Assembly: GCA_951406725.2 (NCBI GenBank)
Contig: OX597822.1
Span: 15,686,001 to 15,750,000, forward strand
Origin: Octopus vulgaris
Taxonomy: Eukaryota
Reading direction: 5' to 3'
DNA length: 64,000 nt
This document shows positions 53,328 to 64,000 of the stretch, piece by piece. The position numbers were made by a program, and so were the translations under genes. Numbering within the stretch: position 1 is the stretch's first letter; each line of letters starts with the position of its first letter. Below the pieces are notes generated by a model. The model saw nothing but the letters and a program-made list of their open reading frames with translations, had not been told where the DNA came from and ran no database searches.

Positions 53328-54655
53328 CAGTAGTGACCAAAATTGGAGAACAGAAATAAAATTTAATGATATTTACGTCTCTACTTCAATTTTCCGAATG
53401 GGATTTTTACAATATATAGTTTTAAGTGTGTTCATTATTTGCAATAAATTTTGAAGGAATTGATTAATGACTGAATGATTTATAATAGAGAAAATGCTTA
53501 TTTGAAGAAATACAAGATGGAAAAATTGGAGAACGTATAGTGTAAAATTCAAGAAGTAAAATCTGGCAACACTCGAACCGATGTAAACTACGTTGACCTC
53601 CTAGCGGTCTGAAGATTTTATATTGAACAGTAGTGAATTGATAATCATAGACTTGAAGTTGATAAAAGCCCCAGGAAGCGAGTGATTAGATAGAAAAAAA
53701 AAGAAGGAATGGAAATTTCTGCTATCGACAGAGAGATTAACAAATCAAAGAGTGTTGTTTCACGAATATTGGCCCAAGCTTCATGAAGAAACAAACTTGC
53801 GTCATGAATAAAGCGAGGAACGAGACCAAAGAAAACAAGTGTTTGGCAAGACTGTGATTCAGAGGGTGTCGTTAAGTGACCGTTTTGATACTGTAGCAGG
53901 ATTTTCTCGTCCAGTAAATCATGACTACGAAATGAATGAGTCTCGGAAGACTGTGGCCTGTCGTTTGAAGGATGTTGCACTTCATGCCTATTTCCCCGCC
54001 ACTAAACCTCTCATCACGAAAAGCGAGATTAGTCTTTGCAAATGAGCGCATAATTTGGACGGACAACAACTAGTCGCGTGTGTACTTCACTGATAAAAGC
54101 AAGTTCAATTTGGTTCGCTCCGATGATGGACAATACGAAAATCGTGGTAAACTTTAAGGACTGCTCTCTAAATGCGCGAAGGATTCAGTGAATCCTGGAA
54201 GTGGAAGTTTAATGGTGTGGGGGAATGATTTCTGCAACAGGTGTTGGGCCTTTGGTCCTGATCCATGGTAATGTGAATGCAGCTATATACAAAAATATCG
54301 CTCTGCAGCATTTTGTGCCAGCTATGAAGTCATCCCCAACTCGTCAATCAATTTCTATGCTGGACAATGTCAACACTGCTAAAATAATTAAGGAGGTGTT
54401 TAAAGATGAAAACATTACTGCAAAATTTTGATTTCTTGAATCTTACATCATGCGTTCTCTAATTTTTTCCATCAGGCATTTTACAGATAAACATTTTTCC
54501 TGTTATAATTTATTTAGTTGTTAACCACTTCCTACAACACTTATTGTAAATAATGAACATACTTTAAAGGATACACAGTAAAAATCCCATTCAGGAAAAT
54601 CAGGTAGAAATGTAAGTATCAATAAATTATATTTTTGTTCACAAATTCACTACCA
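53328..54655 (+). mobile_element. Tc1-family transposon with long IR/DR-type TIRs, decayed and internally deleted
   Basis: Starts TA|CAGT. Eroded inverted ends of about 200 bp (GAATGGGATTTTTAC / GTAAAAATCCCATTC). AAAATTGGAGAAC is repeated near 53339 and 53522. Motifs YFTDKSKFNL, SLMVWG, ISATGVGPLV. Confidence 0.85.
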
Positions 54656-56919
54656 TACATAATTTAATTTCTTTGCTTGAGAAACAGATCATACGATCTT
54701 GTTAAATTTGGGTGTTTGCATTATATGATAGTTGGCATCTTGTTAATGATATCTTTTCAATATAACCTCACCATTAATTTGCTACGTAACTTGCAGAAAA
54801 TAATTATCGACGTGACTTAGGTGCAACTTGGCCATACCACATAAAATATCCCCAATTAACGAGTACAAACATAAGAAACAATTATGCCTGCTTAATAAAA
54901 TTTATTAGAGATACTTTGTTGGATAAATAAAAAAAAAAGAGTTAACATCAATCCTCAGAAGTTTTCGTTTTGAGGGCGAAATCGTTCTATAGAAAAAGTC
55001 GTAGGTACATTGTTTAATGCATAATTATATTTAAGAATTGTTACAACTTATCAAGGATGTCATAGCCTTGATTTGTACCATTTCAAAACCCTTTCCAATA
55101 TTCCGTTGTCGCAGAACGATTGAATTTGTATTTTCTTTATTGTCATCAAAATGTTACAGCACTGAAATTTACTAAACATTTCTTAACATTTCTTAAACCA
55201 GCACGTATACGGTTATATATATATTTGTATTTTTATACCTTCATAAATGTATCCAACAATATCTCAAAATGTTATCCGTTTATTTACGACGATAGGTAGA
55301 AGGATGCAAGCGCAATATCTTGATAGGGACGTTTGCACTCGTTAACTGACTAGAAATATATATTTTGCATCAACATTGATAATATTTTCTATTCGCATAT
55401 CATTCACTTTTATGTATAAGAGATACAAGGATTGACCTCCTGAAGTAGTGATTTTAATTACATGAGAGTGAAACACAAGTAAGAACGATTGTAGATGTGA
55501 TTGTACCATATACTATGGAATTCACCTCTTAAAGCAATCACCTCCACAGTTATGTCATTATGCTCAACATAGCAAAAACAAAAAAATGAATGAAAATAAA
55601 CGGAAATATAATACGCTCGCCATGCCAATGCAATGTTAAGTAGATTCTGATGGTATATTGCTACGATTTATAAAGCATTTGATGGCCTCTGGTATGAAGG
55701 TATAATATGGCGGATTGTTTAGCAAGGTCGGTGTTCATTGAATGACCTGAAATAAATATGAAATCTGAAATAATGAGAAGATACTTCGTTTTGTGAAGCA
55801 CGGTATTACGTTTGGTTGTTTGATGGTTAATGCAGGGTTGTGTCCAACCTCTTCCATAATATATGAACTAAAACTTAGAAGATAATTTGTTTTAAGATCA
55901 TAGAATAAATATTGAGCAAAATTGTATAAAAAATAAATGAATAACAGTCTGTATTGGTTTCCTTCGAATCTCCCAGGGAGAGCCATGAAAACTGTTTTTG
56001 GCAAATTTCCATAGCTACGTACAATACAAAAACATTTTTGTAAAATTTGACAGGAGTCTCTGACGTTTATGTAGTCTGTATGAAGTCATAATGAAAAGAA
56101 AAGCACAGCTTGTGAATTTGTACAAGAAATTATCTCCGACATGTCACAACGAGGTTAAAGATCCGAAAATACAAATATCCAACTTTCATGATTTTCTAAC
56201 TTAAATACAAAAGGAAAGCATGCTTTCTTACTAGATTCGAAAACTAAAAGAGGTTACCTCCTGCTCTTCTGTAAACATACTAGAATATCTTGATGTCAGC
56301 TTGTACGTATATATATATATATTGCCTTAGCAAGTATTTTATGCCAAGAATATTAACAATGAACTTGTGACTACTTTAGTTCGCATTGCTTGCACACATG
56401 AAGGGATATACGCTCTTACCTTATTTATCCATAGATATATTACATAAATTTATTTCATACAGCTAGTGCAAGACGCCTTCTTTGAACTTATGTACGATGA
56501 TAGAAACCCAGGTCGGTTTTAGCTCAAACTTGATAAACAAGCTACTGTTAAAGACTTTAATAATATCCACTAGATTTAAACGCTGTGTATTCTGTCTTAA
56601 CAATTTTGATGCTCATGATTGACCTCGTTTGTCAACGTACGCAATATTTTTCACTTGAATATGATCAACAGAACAATATTTGATATATTTCTTTTCCTCT
56701 AAGCACCACTCAAAATTGAACTTCACTTCCACTATACTTCCAACCATAAGTACTTAATTGTTTAATAATTAAAATTGGTATTTCATACCAACTGACAACA
56801 AGGTATGCAATAAGGAAGGAAGAAAGAAAAGTCGACAGATATAACAAGTTAGCTTGGTAGGTTAAGCAGTTGTGGTCGACGAAAATGGTGGTAGTACCAA
56901 TAACTGGTTAGAATTGCGG

Positions 56920-58900
56920 ATTTTTGGGAGAGTATCGCGTTAAACCAGTATGGATGAACGCGATACTCTCCCAACAATCCGCGATTCTAACCAAAACCTG
57001 AAAATAATTGGTAAAATCCGCCTTGCACTCAAGGATATAATTTCAGCTAATAATGTTGATATCACAAATCTCAACTACCTGTACTATGCATCCGCGAAAA
57101 TCTCAACGATTCTATATGGTGAAAAGATTAGAAAACGGCAACATTCCCACAAAAAGCCTTCTTGGCAAGAGCGTATCCAATACCAAATTTAGCTACTTAG
57201 ATCTGACATAGAATGTTTGAAAAACCTTAAGTTTGACAAGACTACCAAACCTACAAAAACCCGAAAATTAAAGAAAAAATATAATATGAAAACCATACTT
57301 GACATTGATGCCACCATAGAAACCATCAAACAAAAGATATCTGCCAAAGCTGCCCGCATAGCGAGGTATGAAAAGCATGTTAGATTCTTCATGGACAACA
57401 ACATGTTCAAAAATAACCCCAAAAATTTTACCGGAAGATAGGGAAAACACCAGTTACTGTAAAGTCTGTACCATTAAAAGAAGAAGTGCAGGGATTTTGG
57501 AATAATATTTGGGCAGAAGAAAAAACACACAACGAAAAAGCACCTTGGATTGATAGAGGAGCAAAAGTGGGAGAGGGTCAAGGTTGAAGATATAAGATCT
57601 GTTCTCACGAGGTCAAGCAAATGGAAGTCTCCAGGAAAGGATAAAATTCCTAACTTCTGGTTGAATGCCTTCCCAGAGAGCCATGAACTGTTAACAGAAC
57701 TTTACAATGATGTTTTGCAACACCCTAGTAGGATGCCTACCTGGCTAGTTAATGGTTTAACATTCCTGCTCCCAAAAAGTGAAGAAACAAATGAACCAAA
57801 AAGCTATAGACCCATAACTTGCTTAATAACTATGTATAAAACGCTAACATCTGTCCTGACGGATAGACAGCAGCATATTCCCTAATGAACAGAAAGGATG
57901 TAAACGTGGATCCTATGGTTGTAAAGATCAGCTACTCATCAATAGGATGATCTTAGAAGATTGTCACAAACGATACAAAAACTTATCAATAGCCTGGATA
58001 GACTATAAAAAGGCTTTTGATAGCCTACCACATAGCTGGATAAAGAAATGCCTGGAAATGTACAAAATAGCGCCTACTCTGCGAAACTCTTTGTCTGTGA
58101 GTAACTAACTTTGAACAGTGACAATGAATCTCTAAATGCTGGAGATGTAAAACTTTCATGTGGCATTTTCCAGGGTGACTCACTATCACCACTCCTCTTC
58201 TGTTTAGCCTTAATACCTCTCTCAAAATTGTTCAATGATGCACAGTACAGATATAAAATGTTTGATAAAAATATAAATAATCTCATTTATATGGATGATT
58301 TAAAGCTCTTTGCAAAAAATGACCAACAACTCAAGGGCTTACTAGCGATTGTTAAACAATTAAGTGATGACATCAGAATGCAATTTGGCCTCGATAAGTG
58401 TGCAAAAGCTACCTTTATCAAAGGAAAAATGACAGAAACATCTAACGTTAACCTTGACCAGCAGAATGTCAAAAAAGAATTAGACCCAGCGGAGAGCTAC
58501 AAATACCTAGGAGTAATTGATAGGAACGGAATAATGCATTCAGTGATGAAGGAAAGGATCAGGAGAGAATGTTATCGCAGAGTAAAAGCAATTCTCAAGA
58601 CAGAGCTGAATGCGATCAATGCTCTAGCCATACCCGTCGTGACTTACAGTTTCAACATCGTTAACTGGTCAATTACTGAAATATGTAATCGTGACAGAAA
58701 AATACGAAAACTGTTGACAATGCATAGGATGCACCACCCTAAGGCAGATATACAACGACTTTATCTGCCAAGAAAACTGGCATTAATAATGAAGATTGCC
58801 ACAATTGGCCTAGACACCTACCTGAAAAACTATGAGGACTGGATGTTAAATCTTGTCTGAAAATATGAAAACAAGAAGGCATCACACTCAGTAACAATTA
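56920..58900 (+). mobile_element. R4/Dong-clade retrotransposon, internal RT portion (second subfamily)
   Basis: [68 protein letters not shown]. Both ends are truncated. Confidence 0.93.
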
Positions 58901-59844
58901 TTCTCATTAAATATCTTAATATATAGAAGGGAAACGACAATGGAATTCAGAAAGAGTAGTTTTGCAACTCTAAATTAATCTCAGTTTAGTTGGAATAGTG
59001 TCAGTTGCAATATTCCTTAAAACAAACAGCGTATATGAGAACTTTTAATGCTATGTCGAAACAATCCACTTTCCATCATCAATGATGTGGTAGTTTACAA
59101 GGAGTGCTGTAAATAGCTTAAAATCGTATAGTACAGTCCTTGTTAAACAAGTGAATGGTTCACCCAAAGGGGATTCAAATTATTCGTAGTAAATGAAGTA
59201 TGAATGAAACAGGAGGGTGAACTCCTTGAGATTTGTTATTTTCTTTACTTATAAATGGAATTGTTATTCAAGTGCTTAGTAAGATCTTATTCCAATTATA
59301 GTGAATTTGGAATCTAGGTGTTTTCTTTTCTCCCTATCTTTTGTTTCACATTTCTTAGTAGAAGGATATTTACCAAATTCAGAGAAATACAACCCTTTAG
59401 AGGAAAGCAGACAAGATAGTAGGATCATAAATTTATAAATGGCGACACTGATGTATTACCGGAGGCAATTTTTAAGCTGTAACTTTATTTCGCGTTGCCG
59501 ATTCAGCTACTTTTTTCTGCTAGGGTTACTGTTATATCCAAATGTATTTACGTATGTGTACATACATATATACACACACATACATGTATGTATATGCACA
59601 CACGCACACATGCATATATATGAGCACACACACACACATACACTCATGCACTATGTTCCTCATGTAGTACTTACTTGAATCAAGTTACAACGTCAATTCT
59701 TGCAATAATAAGGTGATTTAAGCTCTATATCTGAAGTAGTCTGAAGTTAAATTGTGCTGTGTTCTGGTTATATTCTACATATTCAATTCTTGTGACTTTG
59801 GAATCTAATTCTAAGTTCTAGGATTGGTGTTTTTATCAAATTTC

Positions 59845-60540
59845 CTATACGTACAGCGTAAAAAGTTTTTCTAAAGTTTTCTGTTCTGAACTTTTTATCA
59901 CTCTTACACTCTCCTTCAAAATTCTAAGACAAAATAAACAATTACAAGATCGATTAATTGATGTATTTTCTTCATGGGACATATTTAATTTGATATTGAC
60001 CTCGAGCAAAAAAAGGTGCTGTATGGGTAAAAATCTGGCCCCACGCCTACGAACGTTTGTTGGGACTTCGATGTAAAGTAAATTTGTAATATTGAGGACC
60101 CTAAAAGAAAGCATGAGATGCTTTCGCTAATTCTTTATTTCTTTATTTGCAAAAATAAATTTATCCTGCGTAAATTTGCTCTGTGAATTCAGGAGTGACA
60201 GTGTTGCTGTTGAGTAGCTATTTTTCCTGTCTGAATCTCCCGATCATGTCGAGTAAAAACTTCACTGGGTCCTCCTTCAACATTTTGTTTGAGTCTATAT
60301 TTATTCGCTATTCTGGTTTTCGATTTTTATCTTTCAATATATCATTCCTCCTCTCTCCGAATTGTGTTTTACCACTTATCTTCATACAATATGTACAATT
60401 TTTCTTTATTCATAATTTACTCACTGTTTGGTCGAATATGAGACAGACATTCCCTCGTTTCTTCTTCCGTTGTACGTAATCTCTTATGCTTCTTGTTTTA
60501 TATGTTGTTTAATGTTGAGAAGCCTAATTCACATATATAA
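59845..60540 (-). mobile_element. Possible decayed Penelope-like RT remnant
   Basis: LNITNLLYIEVPT weakly resembles the Penelope motif FDVxxLYTNIP. No other clear motif. Confidence 0.25.
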
Positions 60541-60559
60541 GACGTTGAAAATTGTAGTA

Positions 60560-61195
60560 AAATTATTAAAGTTTTTTTATAGAATATGGGATTCTCCTCT
60601 TGAATTGAAATCCAAAATGGGCAGAGTCGAATGTTTTAATTTTAACCCTCGGTCACTAGAAACGGAGGCCAATTCTTCCTGTAACTCGAATTCAATGTTA
60701 GAAGAGTGATTTATGAAAGAACCTCTAATGCAATCATACTTTTCTGTCTTTAATGACGGAAAGTAATTGCTGATGCTTTCGTCCAGGGCTCTCAAATTAG
60801 TAACCACAATAGGGATTCTTTCTCAATGCAGGTAGAACAATGCAATAAACGGAACATATCAAAATTACCAGTGATTGATCTTTTCTTGCCAAATCACAAT
60901 TTTCTTTTTGAAAGCGACTAACTTGTCTATTGAAGTGAGAATATTTTCGCTTTTACCTTGTTTGTTTTATTTAGTTCATTACATATTTCTGTTTGGTATT
61001 CCATTTTAGATATCGAAGGTTCACAGCTAAGGTATTCACAGAATTTCTCCTGCTTTTCCTGGAGAAAAAAATGATAGTAGTTCCTTGTGCAGTTCGTGAA
61101 CATGATTTAGTGCTTTGCCTTTTAGCAGCCAGCGAATCTCAGTGTGCATTAAGAACTGAACATGCTGAGAGTCCATCTCTTTGCACGGTTGATTA
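60560..61195 (-). mobile_element. hAT (Buster/Charlie-type) transposase remnant
   Basis: Minus strand CKEMDSQHVQFLMHTEIRWL (about 61125-61185) matches the LLHTEVRWL motif, followed by SISNYFPS...QEELASVSSD. Confidence 0.75.
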
Positions 61196-61214
61196 AATTA
61201 ACGTGACTTCAATG

Positions 61215-62310
61215 GCTTACCTGTTTATATTATTGACCATTTTTCCGGGACGTTGAATACAACATGAACAAAAAGCAAATTCGCACAATTTTCTTATTCC
61301 AGTTCAAGCTAGGCCGAAAAGCTGCTGAAACAGCTCGCAATATCAACGATGCGTTTGGCCCAAGAACCACTAATGAACGTGCAGCACAATGGTGGTGACG
61401 AGAATCTTGAAGATGATAAGCGTAGTGGTCGGCCATCGGATGTTGACAGCGAAATACCAAGAGCCTTAGTCGAAGCCAATCCACGCACAACTGTTCGAGA
61501 GCTTGCTTCTGAATTGGACGTGACGTAGACGACAATTTCCAATCATTTGAAAGAGATTGGGAAAAATGCTAGAGAAATAGCTGCAGCACGAATTGAACAA
61601 TAAATAAAATGCTGTTTTGAAGTGTGGTTTTCCCCTCTCTTACGCAATAAGAACGATCCGTTTTTCAACCGGATTGTGATTGCGATGAAAAGTTAATTCT
61701 TTACGATAACATTGACGCTCAGCTCACTGGTTGGACGCTGACGAAGCTCCACGGCATTTTCCGAAGCCAAAGTTGCACCAAAAGAAAGTCATGGTGATTG
61801 TTTGGTGGTCTGCGGCCGGTCTCATCCATCACAGCTTTTTGGATCCAGGCGAAACCATTATAGCGGAGAGGTACTGTCAGCAAATGGATGAAATGCATAA
61901 GAAACCCCGACAACAACAGCCAGCATTGGTCAATAGAAAAGGACTAGTTCTTCTCCACGACAACGCTCAGCCGCACGTCGCACAACTGACCCTGCAGAAG
62001 TTGAACGAACTGGGCTACGAAACTCTGATCATCCGCCATACTCACCAGACCTCTCACCTACCGACTACCCCTTTTCAAGCATCTCGACAACTTCCTGCGT
62101 GAGAAATGCCTCAAAAACCAAGACGTTGCCAAACACGCCTTCAACGACTTCTTCGCCATCAGAACGCAGGAAATAAACTTGTTTCGCGTTGGAAAAAGTG
62201 TGTTGATTCTGATGGTGTTTATTTCGATTACTAAAGTTTTGTTTGAGCCAAGATATGTGCATCTGAATTTAAAGGTTAAGAAGCGCAAGAACTTTCTTGA
62301 CAACCTAATA
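61215..62310 (+). mobile_element. Mariner transposon (Hsmar1/cecropia-like), disrupted, 5' TIR missing
   Basis: MNKKQIRTIFLFQFKLGRKAAETARNIN, PKPKLHQKKVMVIVWW, LLHDNAQPH, PYSPDLSPTDY. 3' TIR GCGCAAGAACTTTCTTGACAACCTAA|TA. Confidence 0.93.
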
Positions 62311-62447
62311 GTATTGCGAAATTTGAAAATATTTGACTCATCCATAAATGAACAATGCTATGTGGTGCAAAATGTCACACCATAGACTGTGAATACTCAA
62401 TTGGGATCATGTGGTTTTTCGCATTTTCTTAGTGTGTCGTTCAAAAT

Positions 62448-62475
62448 TTCGCGGCACACAGGTCGAGAATCACTG
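62448..62475 (-). mobile_element. hAT Buster-type terminal inverted repeat
   Basis: Minus strand CAGTGATTCTCGACCTGTGTGCCGCG. Confidence 0.6.
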
Positions 62476-63319
62476 CCTTAATCAGTAGAGGTAATCGCAT
62501 CCAAACTTGTCGCATGGTTTCAAATTCAGAAATCAACATATTAGTACGACGCTTACTTCATATTATATTGATAAAGAATTATTTCGTTATGGGAAATCAG
62601 CATTTGCAATTTAACAGCCAAATAAACCCCTTATACTATGTCAGTACTACATTGTTTATTTTATGTGTTCTTTCTGTTTGAAATAAAACGAATGAATAAC
62701 AAAAATTAAATCTACTTCACACAACAACGAACTTAAAAAGTTTGTGTGTTGTTTGAAAACGAGAAAGAGTTTAGAGTTAGAAATAGGAAATTACTTAGTT
62801 GTTTTTGTCTATCGTAAATTCAAAAATCCATTATAGATCAATCACAATGTAATTATGGGAGATTTTGAAATAATCCTCTGATCAATTATTGTTTGCCATA
62901 TTTTATTATGTAAATTTTCGCACTTAACACCTCCGCTGAGAATATCTTAGTTCTTGCTGAATAACAAAACAATTTATTTGAAAACACAATCTGTCTTTTA
63001 TAGGAATTGTTTTCATGAGGGTGGCAAAGTAAGATTATTTATAAAATATATTTTCTTACTTTGTTTTTGCATTCAATGAAGCTTAACTCATTCTTCAACC
63101 AATCCTCTAAACGTTCAATCCGCTTATAAAATACTTTAATCTTATTAACTAATCTAATCTCACATATTATATAAATATATTTATTCACAATTATTGAAAA
63201 CACAAGAGAAAGGGAAATCTGTATACCTTTTCGATACAATTTGAATTAGTAATAATACATAGCATCACTACCAGTACTAATATCGGTTTCAAAGTTTGGT
63301 ATAAGGTCATCACGTTTGA

Positions 63320-63508
63320 GTGTGTGTATGTGGGATGGTCGAGGTCGATTACACTGATTCCAGCGTTCAAATGGTACATATTTTATTGAACCCGAAGGGA
63401 TGAAAGGCAAAGTCGACCTCGGCGGAATTTGAACTCAGAACGTAAAGGCTGACGAAATGTCGCTAAACGTTTTGCCTGGCGTGCTAACCATTCAGCCAGC
63501 TGGATGCC
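63320..63508 (-). mobile_element. Family A SINE
   Basis: GATGAAAGGCAAAGTCGACCTCGGCGGAATTTGAACTCAGAACGTAA...GCCAGCT. Confidence 0.88.
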
Positions 63509-63540
63509 TTATTACCAGCGCTAATAATACTAGTATTATT

Positions 63541-63711
63541 TATTTCTTTACTGCCCACAAGAGGCTAAACACGGAGGGGACAAACAAGGATGGAAAAAGG
63601 GATTAAGTCGATTACATCGACCCCAGTGAGTAACTGGTACTTATTTAATCGAACCCAAAAGGATGAAAGGCAAAGTAGACCTCGGCGGAATTTGAACTCA
63701 GAACGTAAAGA
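63541..63711 (-). mobile_element. 5'-truncated family A SINE with intact 3' tail
   Basis: Matches the reverse complement of 6565-6732, including the tail TTTAGCCTCTTGTGGGCAGTAAAGAAATA. Confidence 0.88.
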
Positions 63712-64000
63712 CTGTTGTCTCGCTGCCTTATTACCAGCGCTAATATTACAAGTATTATTAGCTTTACACTGCAGCTATTATAACGTTTACTGTTACTCAT
63801 AACTGTAATTCTGTTTTAAACGAAACCTATGTCTAAAATAAGCAGAGTATCAAAAATATTAATAGAGGGACAGAGAGAAAACAATCGCCATAACAGGCTT
63901 CTACTTTATCAGGTCCCGGAGGAGAAGAAGTGAATTTATTTCGAGTGTTTAGTACAGATCACGAGACGCAGCTAAATCCACAAAACCAGTCGTCTAACTC

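Noticed and set aside
61264-62220. SETMAR-like domesticated gene
   Set aside because: No SET domain, many stops and frameshifts, and a TIR is retained.
62925-62965. Fifth hammerhead (CTCCGCTGAG...)
   Set aside because: No downstream GAAA-palindrome-GTA and no stems.

Overview
AT-rich, microsatellite-dense eukaryotic DNA. The SINE heads and repeat mix look like an octopus or other coleoid cephalopod genome, which is an inference. No host gene, RNA gene or CRISPR array can be supported; the window is a layered set of mostly decayed transposons. (1) Five co-oriented, 5'-truncated copies of a GC-rich L1/Tx1-clade LINE. All five have their 3' end, and the four larger ones also their 5' end, in (GATA)n microsatellite. 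Four are stacked in one tract at 5.0-12.0 kb and one lies at 28.5 kb. (2) A near-full-length R4/Dong-clade RLE retrotransposon in (TAA)n at 35.4-40.0 kb, plus several fragments. (3) Two mariners, a Tc1, a Buster-type hAT remnant and MITEs. (4) Three tRNA-headed SINE families. (5) Four dispersed minimal type-I hammerhead-ribozyme-like motifs of the Penelope kind. (6) Two fold-back inverted duplications. The best candidates for something undescribed are the (GATA)n-targeting Tx1 family (with a possible partner SINE) and the hammerhead family. All alignments were made by eye and coordinates of degraded elements are approximate.
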